64,000 bases of DNA from Mobula hypostoma. Its lineage: Eukaryota. The position numbers and the translations under genes were made by a program. Positions 1-12,240 of this stretch are shown here, piece after piece. The notes below the pieces were generated by a model. The model was given only the letters and a program-made list of their open reading frames with translations, searched no databases and was not told the origin of the DNA. The stretch spans positions 168,828,001-168,892,000 of the forward strand of contig NC_086097.1 in assembly GCF_963921235.1 (NCBI RefSeq), in the 5' to 3' direction. The first letter of the stretch is position 1. The number at the start of each line of letters is the position of its first letter.

Positions 1-400
1 AATTAGACAACATGAGCTACAAGGAGAGGCTGGACAAACTGGGGTTGTTTTCTCTGGAGTGTTGGATGATGAAAGGAGACTTGATAGGTTTTATACAATT
101 ATGAAAGGAATAAACAGTCTGAAGCTTTTTCCCCAGGATAGAAATGTCAAGTACTAAGAAACATGCATTTAAGGCGAGATAGGGAAGTTTAAAGGAAATA
201 TACAGGGTCTTTTTTCTTTCTTTTTACAAAGTGTGGTAGATGCCTGAAACAGGCTACCAGGAGTAGCATAGGAACCAAATGTGATAGAAGCATTTAAGAG
301 GCATTTAACATGAACATGCAGGAATGGAGGAATATTGCTCTTGGATGGGCAGCAGAGATTGCATTTAATTCAGCATTGTGTTCAGTGAAGACATTGTGGC
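1..400 (+). mobile_element. Degenerate CR1 LINE 3' end fragment (CEP76 intron 1)
   Basis: Similar to the RT C-terminus/3' UTR of the other CR1 copies in the window (…ERLDKLGLFSLE…); boundaries approximate. Confidence 0.7.
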
Positions 401-1724
401 CTGTTCTTTCTCTCAACTGCTTTCTGTTCTACACTCAGGGTCAAAATGTTTAATTACAGGTCAGTCATTCAAACACCAGTACAAGTCCTTCCTGGCTTAT
501 GAATGCCTGACTTATGAGCACCACATTCAAGTAAGCTTTTGGGGGAAATGGAATAATAGATGACAATAGATCCAAGGCACATTCTACCAGCTGGGAACAG
601 CACTTATTCATTGAGGCCAGCTGGTGGCAGCTCTTCCCCAGCCTGTTTGCTATACAGACATCCCACCTCTCTCCCGCATATCGATAGCAGCTCCCTATAA
701 CAATTGGTGCTGTGATCCTCTGCTACACACCGTTTATGTTCACTTCACTGAATAACAGAACCCGGTCATAACCTGGGGATTGCCTTTATTTGGTAAAATG
801 CAAGGAAAAAAAAGTTGGGTGCAACTTTAGAGTGTTGGCATCGTCTCATAATATTTTAGATGCAGCAGACATTCATGAGGTTAGTTCCAGAGATTATTAA
901 AGGTGCTGAGGTAGGGAAAACATTGGAGCACATGGTGCCTTAGGGTCTATGAAGTATACAACTGAAAAAAGGTGAAAAATTGCCTACTTAAGACAAATGC
1001 AGAGGAAAGCCTGCTCTCAGAGGGCTGTGGGCATTTTGAATTCTTTACCCCAGAGAGCTAGGGACAAAATAGGTTATCAAATATACTCAATATCACGACT
1101 GGCAAGCATTTAAGTTAAAAGGAAGTCAAGCAGTATGGAGAAGTGGAATTATGGCACTGCACTGCAGCTAATTTTGAGCAAACATTTCAAACATTCCTGC
1201 AGCAAGCACGATAGACCACTCATAATCCTGCTTCGTAATCACGCCAGAAATGCACACACCATTTGGATCAAAAACAGCTGCTGCACTTTTTGGTAAAATC
1301 GGATTACAAAGTGTTAGTGTTTAGAAGAGGCTGTAGGGACGTCACCACCGATGACAAAGACTACTTATGAGGGGAGAGTAGCTTTATTCGCCTCTGTCCG
1401 AAACAAATGCAATGACAACTCGTGAAACGCTGGACCCACTTCCCTTGGGCAACCGGGAAAGTTACAAACTCCCACCTGCGAGGAAAGGGGCCTGAAGCCC
1501 ACTGTCTGAGGGTGGTGGGCAAACACTCTCATACTTAAAATACCTAAGTTCACTGTCATAGGCATTGATGGGCACCTGGTGTCAGAGGACTGGGACGTGT
1601 TTCACTTGAGCCTCACTTAAGACTACCTGACAAACGCCAAAAGCCTCGGCAAGGGGTGGGAGCCGTTCGGAGACTTGGGGTGAGAATGGATCATTGCACT
1701 GCTCGGCTCACCATCGGAACTCAC

Positions 1725-1787
1725 CTGGGTCAGCTGGTTGCGAACGATTTGCCTCAGCTCGGAGGCTTTCTCCAGCGACAGCGACAT
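1725..1787 (-). CDS. CEP76: CEP76 (centrosomal protein 76) coding exon 1
   Basis: Minus-strand ATG at 1787 reads MSLSLEKASELRQIVRNQLTQ, followed by a GTGAGT donor (1724-1719). Resembles the vertebrate CEP76 N-terminus (human MSLPPEKASELKQLIHQQLSK, from memory); CEP76 is known to lie head-to-head with PSMG2. Exon 2 not seen in the window. Confidence 0.9.
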
Positions 1788-2255
1788 GCTCCCCGAGGCC
1801 CCAATCAATCCGGCCGACAGGCACCACCACTCGCTGACACCGCCTCTTTCATCGTCAGCAGTCCACCAATCGGGCCGTGGTAGCTGAGACCCCGCCCCCT
1901 CGCCAAATGTCACTCAATCCGACTTCCGCCTCGGCACGCCCCGGTCAGACCCCGCCCCTCCCAATGACTGTTCACACAGCACCAAGGGGCCTCCGAACGT
2001 TCAAAACCGCCGCCAAAACCGAGCGGGAATTTCCACCTGCCCATTACAAACGCCTGATCAACTTTATTTTAAATAAAGTCCAAACATCCCAAACTATAAT
2101 TCCCAGGCATTATATTTATTTATCAGCGAGGAAAAGTAATGGAGATGACATTCAAGGTGACGCAAGTGCCCCGAGACTGCCAGATCAAGTGAAGTCACGA
2201 GTGACGTCATTAGAAGACCAGCCGGTGGCGGCGACGAAGGCTTCGGGGACCCGGG
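1788..2255. promoter_or_regulatory. CpG-rich bidirectional promoter between CEP76 and PSMG2
   Basis: GC/CpG-rich segment between two divergent ATGs. Contains GC boxes (ccccgcccc at ~1890 and ~1950), CCAAT boxes (~1801, ~1866, ~1961), GGGAATTTCC (2025-2034) and a palindromic CRE TGACGTCA (2202-2209). Confidence 0.8.
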
Positions 2256-2321
2256 ATGACTCTGCTGTTCGTCTCAAGTGGGGCCGCGGCAGTCAGTCTC
2301 CGGGGCTACACTTTCATCATG
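2256..2321 (+). CDS. PSMG2: PSMG2 (proteasome assembly chaperone 2) coding exon 1
   Basis: MTLLFVSSGAAAVSLRGYTFIM then a GTCAGT donor (phase 0). Aligns by eye to the human N-terminus MFVPCGESAPDLAGFTLLM and splices in frame to exon 2. Confidence 0.85.
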
Positions 2322-2646
2322 GTCAGTAGCCACTTGCGTGCTTCTCGTTATCCGCTCCTGTTGCTCTGAAAAGATGACCACCGCCACTCACGTTTTCTAC
2401 CTGAGAAAGGAATGAGTCTGTGTTTCAGCGCACTGGCATAGTCCTCTGGCACATGAGATTATCACTTCCCCTGATTTTGTTTGGTGGAGAAAGACGTTAG
2501 TTAGGACAGTGGGAGCTTCTTCTCTTGGTGTCCCTGGGGAACAATAATATTGCAACAATCTGCTGCAAGTAAGTTTTTCATTGCACATGTGCATATGACA
2601 ATAGACCGTAGTATGTGTGTGTGTGTTGGAGTAGGATGTTTCTGGT

Positions 2647-2850
2647 CAAAATGCTCGACGAACTAAGCAAATCAGGCAGCATCTGTTGGGGGAAATGAAC
2701 AGTTGTCATTTCAGGCCCAAACTGTTTATCAGGGCTCGGGCTGAAACGTTGACTGTTCATTTCCCTCAATTGGTGCTACATGACCTGCTTAGTTCCATCA
2801 GCATTTTGTATATATTGCTCAAGATTTCTGGCATCTACAGATTCTCTTGT
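2647..2850. mobile_element. Old inverted-repeat remnant of a Penelope-like terminus
   Basis: Imperfect palindrome 2647-2808 (caaaatgct…agcattttg) made of PLE terminal sequence, with a decayed hammerhead-like gaaacgttgactg. Confidence 0.6.
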
Positions 2851-3021
2851 GTCACTGAGACAAGATGTAGAGTCTCACCAAGCCTAACATCAAGCATATC
2901 TTTACCACCTCTCTTTCTCCACTTTACGAAGAGATTGCTCCCTCTGTGATTCCCATGTCCATTTGTCCTCTCCCCCGCCGCACCCTACAAAGCGGCTAAA
3001 GTGTTACACCTGCTCATTCAC

Positions 3022-3151
3022 ATGATGAAAGTCTCGGTTGAAACGTCGACTGATTACTTTTTTCCATATACGGTGTCTGGTCTGATGAGTCCCACCAGCA
3101 TTTTGTGTGTGTTGCTTGGATTGCCAGCACCTGCAGATTTTTTCATGTTTG
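3022..3151 (+). mobile_element. Short PLE terminal insertion with 11-bp TSD
   Basis: tgctcattcac at 3011-3021 and 3152-3162; the insert starts at a degenerate hammerhead core (atgatga…gaaacgtcgactg). Confidence 0.75.
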
Positions 3152-3562
3152 TGCTCATTCACCTCCTCCCTCACCTCCACTGAGGGCCCCAAACTGTTAT
3201 GAATGCGTAATCAAAATCAATATATCAATATATATTGATGATACATACTCACAGGATTATTCAAATATTACATAAATATTAAATGCACAACATAAGCAGT
3301 AATTCCAGATGAAGCAACACTTCACCTGCAAATCTGCTGGGGTTGTCTCTTGAGTTTTGGTGCTCCTGAGGCTGTCCTCCTCTACACTGGTGAGATTCAT
3401 CGTAAATTTGGGGACCACTTTGTCAAGCACCTCCTCTCTATCTGCCAAAAGCAGAACTTCCCAGTGGCTAAACATTTTAATTCCCATTCCCGTTATGGCA
3501 TGTTAGTCCTCGGCCTCTTCTTGTGCCAAGATGAGGCCACTCTCGAGGTGGAGGAACAACAT

Positions 3563-5349
3563 TTTCCAGTCCCTATATACTTCCATCCCCCATCAGGAAG
3601 GTCTCAAAGCTCTACGCTTCTTTTTGGATTCCAGACCTAATCAGTTCCCCTCTACCACCACTCTGCTCCGTCTAGCAGAATTAGTCCTTACTCTTAATAA
3701 TTTCTCCTTTGGCTCCTCCCACTTCCTCCAAACTAAAGGTGTAGCTATGGGCACCCGTATGGGTCCTAGCTATGCCTGCCTCTTTGTTGGCTTTGTGGAA
3801 CAATCTATGTTCCGTGCCTATTCTGGTATCTGTCCCCCACTTTTCCTTCGCTACATCGACAACTGCGTTGGCGCTGCTTCCTGCACGCATGCAGAACTCG
3901 TTGACTTTATTAACTTTGCCTCCAACTTCCACCCTGCCCTCAAGTTTACCTGGTCCATTTCCAACACCTCCCTCCCCTTTCTAAATCTTTCTGTCTCTGT
4001 CTCTGGAGACAGCTTATCCACATGTCTACTATAAGCCTACTGACTCTCACAGTTATCTGGAATATTCCTCTTCTCACCCTGTCTCTTGCAAAAACGCCAT
4101 CCCCTTCTCGCAATTCCTCCGTCTCCGCCACATCTGCTCTCAGGATGAGGCTTTTCATTCTAGGACGAGGGAGATGTCTTCCTTTTTTAAAGAAAGGGGC
4201 TTCCCTTCCTCCACTATCAACTCTGCTCTTAAACGCATCTCCCCCATTTCACGTACATCTGCTCTCACTCCATCCTCCCACCACCCCACTAGGAATGGGT
4301 TTCCCCTGGTCCTCACCTACCACCCCACCAGCCTCCGGGTCCAACGTATTATTCTCCGTAACTTCCGCCACCTCCAACGGGATCCCACCACTAAGCACAT
4401 CTTTCTCTCCCTCCCCCCTCTGCATTCCACAGGGATCGCTCCCTACGCAACTCCCTTGTCCATTCGTCCCCCCCATCCCTCCCCACTGATCTCCCTCCTG
4501 GCACTTATCCGTGTAAGCGGAACAAGTGCTACACATGCCCTTACACTTCCTCCCTTACCACCATTCAGGGCCCCAAACAGTCCTTCCAGGTGAGGCAACA
4601 CTTCACCTGTGAGTCGGCTGGGGTGATATACTGCCTCCGGTGCTCCCGATGTGGCCTTTTATATATTGGCGAGACCCGACGCAGACTGGGAGACCGCTTT
4701 GCTGAACATCTACGCTCTGTCCGCCAGAGAAAGCAGGATCTCCCAGTGGCCACACATTTTAATTCCACATCCCATTCCCATTCTGACATGTCTATCCACA
4801 GCCTCCTCTACTGTAAAGATGAAGCCACACTCAGGTTGGAGGAGCAACACCTTATATTCCGTCTGGGTAGCCTCCAACCTGATGGCATGAACATCGACTT
4901 CTCTAACTTCCGCTAATGCCCCACCTCCCCCTCGTACCCCATCTGTTACTTATTTTTATACACACATTCTTTCTCTCACTCTCCTTTTTCTCCCTCTGTC
5001 TCTCTGAATATACCCCTTGCCCATCCTCTGGGTCCCCCCCCCCACTTCCTTGTCTTTCTTCCCGGACCTCCTGTCCCATGATCCTCTCGTATCCCTTTTG
5101 CCTATCACCTGTCCAGCTCTTGGCTCCATCCCTCCCCCTCCTGTCTTCTCTTATCATTTTGGATCTCCCCCTCCCCCTCCAACTTTCAAATCCCTTACTC
5201 ACTCTTCCTTCAGTTAGTCCTGACGAAGGGTCTCGGCCTGAAACGTCGACTGCACCTCTTCCTAGAGATGCTGCCTGGCCTGCTGCATTCACCAGCAACT
5301 TTTATGTGTGTTGCTTGAATTTCCAGCATCTGCAGAATTGCTGTTGTTT
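3563..5349 (+). mobile_element. Penelope-like retroelement, 5'-truncated (RT + GIY-YIG endonuclease), frameshifted
   Basis: RT motifs GVAMGTRMGPSYACLFVG and FLRYIDN (the expected DD is mutated); GIY-YIG motif VIYCLRCSRCGLLYIGETRRRL…EH (4590-4916); 9-bp TSD gaacaacat (3554-3562, 5350-5358). Confidence 0.92.
5216..5251 (+). ncRNA. Minimal type I hammerhead ribozyme motif in the PLE terminal region
   Basis: agtc-CTGACGA-agg gtctcgg cct-GAAAC-GTC-gact: stem I AGUC/GACU, stem II AGG/CCU, intact core boxes, predicted cleavage after C5247; stem III reduced to the palindrome ACGU. Confidence 0.75.
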
Positions 5350-5475
5350 GAACAACATCTTCTGTCTGGTTAGCCTCCAACCTGATGGCATGAATTTCTC
5401 CTGGTAAAATAATTTTTCCCTCCCCCCTCCCCTCTTCTGTTCCCTACTCTGGTCTCTCTCCTGTCTATCACCTTC

Positions 5476-5965
5476 CCGGGATCCTGAGGGTGGGCTCGTC
5501 TTGGCACAAGAGGAGGCCATGGACCGACATGTCAGAACAGGAATGGAAATCAGAAATACAACATTTGGCCAACAGGAAGTTCTACTTTTGGCAGATGAAG
5601 CGAAGGTGCTCGAGGAAGCCACCCCATGATTTACGACAGGTCTCACCAATGTAGAGGAGGCTCAATTGGGAGCACCAAATTCAATAGATGACCCCAGCAG
5701 ATTCACAGGTGAAGTGTTGCATCACCTAGAAGGACTGTTTGAGGCTCAATGGAGGTGAGAGAGGAGGTGAATGAGCAGGTCTAGTACTTGGGGTGCTTGC
5801 AGGGATAAGTGCCTGGAGGGATGAGTGGACAAAGGAATCACAGAGGCAGCAATCACCGCAGAAAGCAGAGGGGAGGATGGAGGTAAAGTTATGTTTTGTG
5901 GCAGATCTTTTTGGAGATGGCAGAAGTTGCGGATAATGATGTGTTGAATGCAGAGGCTCTTGAGG
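5476..5965 (-). mobile_element. Degenerate Penelope-like fragment, antisense
   Basis: Reverse-complement similarity to the GIY-YIG region at 4330-4840. Confidence 0.7.
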
Positions 5966-7105
5966 TAGTAATTAAGGATCTATGATTCTGAAGCTTCAGT
6001 GGGTCATTCTTGCTTTTACATTATTAAAAATATGTGCTACCATTGTACTTTCCTTCCTTGCTATATGCTTAATGTGCAAATTAACCTTAAGGGATGCCTG
6101 AATTAGAGCTTCCCAAGTCCCTCTGAATTCTGAATTCTCTCCCATTTAGAAAGCTGTCTATACCTTTAGTCTTCATACCAAAGTGCATAACTCTTAACTA
6201 TGCTGTATTCCATCTGCCACTTCTTTGCCCACTCTCCCAACCTGTCCAAATCCTGCATACTCTGCCTCCACAGCACTATCTCTCCCTCCACCTGTCTTTG
6301 TATCATCTCTGAACTTGGCCATGAAGCAATCAGTTCCTTCATCCAGATCATTAGCATATAAAGTGATAAGTTATGGTCCCAACAGTCGACCCTCATGGAA
6401 CTCCTGAAGAAAGACCCCTTTATCTGCAACCTCTGACTTATACCAGTCAATCTCCTGACAATGCTAGTACCTTGCCTCAGCCACCAATGTCTCTTACCTT
6501 GCTTAGCAGCCTCATGTGCAGCCCTTGTCAAAGGTCTTCTAAAAATCTTTTTTTTTATTATTTTATTTTTATTTGGATAAGGAGTTCACAATTATCATGT
6601 ACTTTTTTCACACATATAACCTTTTCCATTTTTTTATATGTGTAAAACTACAATTATTTATACATTCTTAAGTACACATTGAGATGATATAAAAGCAAAA
6701 TAAACATTTAAATAGATAATTATGTACTGTGGTAAATCTAACCTATTAGGCTAAGTAATGAAATTAGTTGTTAAGAAAAATGGTAATAATAGTTTCCATA
6801 CAACCCTTCTGGACCATTTCCACTGGTCCAAAATGTTGCATACAAGCCTATATACCAACCATTGTAGGTGTTTATATCCCAATTTGTTCGTGCGTGTTCC
6901 TGCCCGCAGACATAATTATCCAATCCCTATGTACTTATTTACTTAATTTTTTCATTTTTTTTTATCCCTTTCCCAAATCTTTCCCTTTACTTGTGTTAAT
7001 TCTCTATTTTCCAAAAAAAAACAACAACAAACATTTAGACTAGGGGTGCTTACGTTAGCAATATTACTGTGTTGATGAGAAGAGCAATATAAATCATTAG
7101 GAGAG

Positions 7106-10100
7106 TCATCTAAAGTCTGCTCGCATTGGGGTTATATATTCAATCCATTTATTCCAGATTCGATAAAATGTTTCTTTTTGAGTTCTCAGGGAGTAGGTCA
7201 ACTTTTCCATTTTAAATATTTCCAAGATAATTTCGTACCAATCTTCTAATGTAGGTGGTATTGGATTTAGCCATTTTCTAGTGATTGATTTCTTACTTGC
7301 CGCTAAGAGGGCCTGCAGCAACTTTATATCTTCCTTCTGTTCAAGGAACAATACATGCCCCAAATAGAGCGTCTCAAAGTTCAGAGGTATCTGGGACCTA
7401 AGTACCTTAACTAATGTTCTATGAATACCTTCCCAAAATAGACTTAATTTAGGGCAATCCCAGAAAATATGAAAATGATTTGCCTCCTTAGAGCCGCACC
7501 TTCTCCAACACATCACATTTGTATCTTTATATTTTTCCTGATATGGGGTCTTGAAGTATCTTATAATGTTTTTCCAACAATGTTCTCTCCAAGTGAAAGA
7601 ATTAGTCGAGGAAAGCTGCAGATTTTCCCCCAAGCCTCCTCTGAAAGTACCAACCCCGCTTCTTTCTCCCACTTCTCTTTAATATACAGTGTATTTACAT
7701 TTTTAGCATGGGAGAGTGCATTATATAGGCGAGAAACTGATTTACTAGGTATTGAACTGCAAGCCGAATTCAGAATCTTGAAAAATTCTAATTCTACTGT
7801 TGATAAGTCTGTATATCTACAACTCTGGTTAACATAGTTTCGTACTTGAAGGTACCTAAAAAAGTCATTATGTTCTAGGCCATGTTTGTCCTGCAGGATT
7901 TGGAAACGTTGTAATACTCTTTTATCTATAAATGAGAGGTAGGTTGTAAGACCTTTCTTTATCCATAGCTCAAATCTTTTATCTCCTCTGTTGGGAAGGA
8001 ATTCGGTATCATATGCACACCATCTAAAGAGTTTTAGCATGTTTTTAGTTCCACATGAATTAACCACCTTCTGCCATACTTTTAATGTAAGATTTATCCA
8101 AGCATTATTAAATTTTTCCAACTGGGCCATCAATCCTTTGTCAGCTATTGAGGCCTGAAGAGGAAAACTGTCAACTAATCCAAATTCTATTTCCTTCCAT
8201 CTAGCCTTATATTCCCTATTACACCAATATAACAGAGGGGTTATCTGTGAGGCATAAAAATAATTTCTCAGGCAAGGAAGAACCATACCTCCTCTTTCCT
8301 TCCCTAACTGTAAAGTGTTATATCGAATTCTAGGTTTCCTTCCTTGCCAAATGAAGCGGGAAATCCATTTGTCCCATTCCCTGAATTGATTATCATCCAC
8401 CTCCACTGGTAAAGTACGGAAAAGATATAATAACCGAGGAAGAATATTCATTTTTATAGTATTTATCCTTGAATTTAAACTTAAATAGGGGATAAGATTC
8501 CATCTATGCATATCTGCTTTTATCTCTGAGATTAATGGCCCATAATTTACCTGTGACAGTGTTGAAAGATCCTTCGGCAGGGTTATTCCTAAATATTTTA
8601 ATGATTTAGCTTCCCACTTAAGATCGTATGTATCCTGCAATTTTTTGGATGATGTATAATTTAGGGACATAACCTGCGTTTTCTTTACATTTATTTTATA
8701 ACCTGATATTTTCCCAAAGTCATCCAACAGTGTAAACAATCCTATAAATGATTTTTCTGGTTCACTCAGATAGACCAAAACATCATCTGCGAATAACGCC
8801 ACTTTCTGTTCAATCCCTGCCACCTTGATACCTTTTACGATTTCGCTCTGTCTTATTAGTTGGGCAAGTGGTTCAATATATAGCGCAAAAAGGAAGAGGA
8901 GAAATTGGGCATTCCTGTCTAGTGCCTCTCTCTAAAATGAAGGAGTCAGAGAGGTCCCCATTTATCTTAATTCGGGCTGTTGGGCTGTCATACAGAGTCT
9001 GAATTACTTTAATAAACCTTTCTTGAAAGCCGAATCTTCCTAACACTCTGTATAGGAATGCCCAACTAACCGAATCAAAAGCTTTCTCAGCGTCCAATCC
9101 TACTACCATTGTCTCTGTCTCGTTCTTATTAACCTGTTCTAATATGTGCAGAGTTCTCCTTATGTTGTCCTGTGTTTGTCTTTGTTGAATAAATCCAGTC
9201 TGGTCTAAATGGATTAGGCCAGGTAAAAGCTTTTCCAATCTGCGCACTAATATAAATGTAAATAGTTTGTAATCTAAATTAAGAACACTAATTGGCCGAT
9301 AATTGCCACATTCTAGTTTATCTTTACCCTCTTTAGGAATAACTGAAATAATCGCTTCTCTCCAGGAAGGTGGAGTTTCTCCTCTCGGCAAGATCCAATT
9401 AAAGGTGTTAAGTAGTAATGGGGCTAACTGTGTCTTCAGGGACTTGTACCACTCTGAGGTAAACCCATCAGAACCCGGGGACTTTCCAGCCTTTAACCTA
9501 GAGATGGCCACGTTCAGTTCTTTGACAGTTACTGGTTCTAATAAACTTTCATTTTGTAAATCTGTAAGTTTAGATAGATCTAAAAAATTCAATACACTGT
9601 CTATATAGGGCTCATTGGGGGCCCGGGGTTGGGAGTACAGCTCTTGATAATACGTTTCAAAACTCTCTTGAATTTTCCCTATTGTACTCTCCACAAGCTT
9701 TGTCTTTGGATTCTTTATTTTATGAATTGTATTGTCTGCTTGTTGTTTTCGTAATTTATATGCTAATAATCTAGCTGATTTACCTCCTACTTCATAATTC
9801 TTTTGTCTCAGGTAAAGAAAATTTCTTTGAGTTTCCAACGTATAAATATCATCAATTTCACTTTGCAATTTCCTAATTTCCTGTTTTCGATTTGAATTAC
9901 TTTTGTTGCTATCTCCAACTTGAAGTTGTTTTAATTTTCCTTGAAGGTCTGCTAATTTTTGTGCATTGATTTTTTTCCATGTGAGTAGTAATGGAGATAA
10001 TTTTCCCTCTCAGTACAGCTTTCAATGTATCCCATAAAATCACTGGTGATGTTTCTCCCGTGTCATTAAGGTCTAGATGTTCTTTGATTTCTCCCCTTAA

Positions 10101-10891
10101 TCTCTCCATTACTTTTGGGTTATTAAGTATATATGTGAGTTTAGCCTCCATAGTGTTTTCCTCATTTTCCTTTCCAGGATTAGAGACATAGAGATTGGGC
10201 TATGATCCAACAGATCAATTGTTGCAATATTACAGTTTTTTATCCTGAGTCTATCTGTATTAAAGATAAAGAAATAGTCTATCCTTGAATAGGCTGAATG
10301 AGGGAAAGAGTAATATGTATAATCTTTACTAGTAGGGTGTAATTCCCTCCAGACATCTATAATTCCCAACTCCTCCATCAATGAATTCACTTTCCGAGTC
10401 AGAGGTTTATTCTGAGTAACTATTCTTGAAGAATCTAATATAGGATTTAATCTAATATTAAAATCCCCTCCACAAATTACTACCCCTCGAGAACTGACCA
10501 TTAGGTCAAAAATGTGTCTGTAAAATGACCATTCACTACCTGGAGGAGCATAAACATTCAGCAATGTTATTTCTGTACCTTCTATTCTTCCTGTGATTTT
10601 TACAAACCGTCCTTCTTTGTCTCTAGTCTCTGAAATATGTTCATAATTAAGAGTACTTGATATTAAAGTAGCTACCCCTCTTTTGTGACTCAATTTATAT
10701 GATGAATAAAATACATGCTTAAAGCCCATTCTTTTTAATTTTCCATGTTCAGATTGGCTCATATGTGTTTCCTGGAGGAAAGCTATTTGTGCCCTCTCTT
10801 TTTTCAATTTTGACATAATCTTATTTCTTTTAATTGGATTCAAAACCCCATTAACATTATAGGAAATTATTTTTACCCATTCAGTTTGCAT
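7106..10891 (-). pseudogene. L1 ORF2 (APE endonuclease, RT, C-terminal Cys motif), broken by ~4 frameshifts
   Basis: SYNVNG, LQETH, GGDFN, SRIDYF; KSPGSDG, YRPISVLN, LDAEKAFD, FADD; CWRRCG…HIFWDC, spread over five ORF-track segments. Confidence 0.92.
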
Positions 10892-11253
10892 TTTTCTCTA
10901 GTAGAAAAAAAGCCCTCTCCTTTTCTAACCAAACAGTAAGCAATCCCTTCTCAACAGTAAACCAAGACATATAACCACACCCTAGACATTTCTGAACGTA
11001 TAACATTTGAAAATTTTCCCCGACTTCCCACAGTGAGGCCTGAGCACCGACCCGCCTCAGTTCAGAGGGATAACCTCTATCTTCACCCTGTGTTAGAGGG
11101 CCCTCAGCAGTTTGAATAATCATAGAGAATTTTCTCCTATTTATGTCTCGACCATATTGCTATCATTCAAGTTATTCCGCCTAGATTATTTTCAATTACC
11201 AGTTTTCATTTTACTTTTAAGTCCGATTTACTCTTTTCAGTCATTTCTCTTAA

Positions 11254-12240
11254 TTAATCTGTATTCTCTGTACATTCGCGTCTGAATATTTGCAGCTTTT
11301 CCTTGTAGTTTGACACTCTGTTTCGAGTGGAGCGTCCTCGCCCCACTAACTGCCACGACTTCTGCCGAATCCTCTCCAGTAGCGACTCCGGTTGGGTGAT
11401 AACTTTAATAGGTAGTCCCCGGTCCGCCAGGTCCGACGTTGCCTCCTCCACCGTAGCGTAAGTTTTTGTCCCTTCGTCGTAAAAGACTCTCAGCCGAGCT
11501 GGATACAGGGTCTGGAATCTGATGTTGTTTTCCTTCAGGACTCTCCGTGTTTCCATATATTCCTTCCGTCTGGCAAGAATCCCCGGTGCGTAGTCGTGGT
11601 CTAAACTGATTTTACAGTTGTTCCACATGAAACCTTTCTTTTGCCATGCTCTTTTAAGCACCTCTTCCTTCGTTCTGTAACTGAGAAATCTGACCAGAAT
11701 CGATCTGGGCTGGGCGCCTGCCGGAGGCTGTGGTGCCAACGCGCGGTGAGCCCTTTCTATCTGTAGGTCTTTTGCGGCCGGTATATCAAGGTTCTCTCTA
11801 AGCAGCTTCTCTATGAAGGGAATCATCAATCCGGGTTTACCTTCGGTTCCTTCGGGAACTCCGTAGATCCTCACATTTTCCCTTCTCGAGCGGCCTTCTT
11901 GATCTATTAGTTTCCACTGGAGTTGGTCTTGTAGCTTCAGTATTTCTGCTATCACCTCCTCTGCATTTTGTAGCTTCTCTTCAATTCCAACAATCCTCGC
12001 TTCGGCTTCATCTATCCGCGAGTTAGTTTTTACTATTTCTCCTTTAATATCTTCCAGCTGTTTGCTGTTATCTTGTCGGAACTCGCGAATCTCTCCGAGA
12101 ATCAAAGACAGAGTCACCGATTCCCCCTCATTATCTCCGTCCTGGCTTGCCGTGGGAGAGCTAGGCCCTTCGCCTTGCTGCATCTCTTTATGTTTATCAG
12201 CCTTCGAAGCGGACTTTTTATTCTTGTTCTTAGACATCAT
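11254..12240 (-). CDS. L1 ORF1p (coiled coil + RRM/CTD), open 328 aa
   Basis: Motifs EGRSRRENVRIYGVPE, IERAHR and LYPARLRV are typical of L1 ORF1. Confidence 0.9.
   Translation of the reverse strand: MMSKNKNKKSASKADKHKEMQQGEGPSSPTASQDGDNEGESVTLSLILGEIREFRQDNSKQLEDIKGEIVKTNSRIDEAEARIVGIEEKLQNAEEVIAEILKLQDQLQWKLIDQEGRSRRENVRIYGVPEGTEGKPGLMIPFIEKLLRENLDIPAAKDLQIERAHRALAPQPPAGAQPRSILVRFLSYRTKEEVLKRAWQKKGFMWNNCKISLDHDYAPGILARRKEYMETRRVLKENNIRFQTLYPARLRVFYDEGTKTYATVEEATSDLADRGLPIKVITQPESLLERIRQKSWQLVGRGRSTRNRVSNYKEKLQIFRRECTENTD

Larger units (their letters stand above)
2880..5475 (+). mobile_element. Older Penelope-like element acting as host for younger PLE insertions
   Basis: GIY-YIG-region sequence at 3305-3562 resumes at 5350; interrupted by insertions at 3022-3151 and 3563-5349. 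Outer boundaries approximate. Confidence 0.7.

Noticed and set aside
1877..2329. 150-aa plus-strand ORF across the promoter
   Set aside because: GC-rich CpG-island ORF with no recognisable motif, in a different frame from the true PSMG2 exon 1.
4916..5407. 163-aa Pro/Leu/Ser-rich ORF, and the mirror ORFs at 47877-48273
   Set aside because: Translation of the low-complexity PLE terminal region; the mirror ORFs arise from the palindrome.
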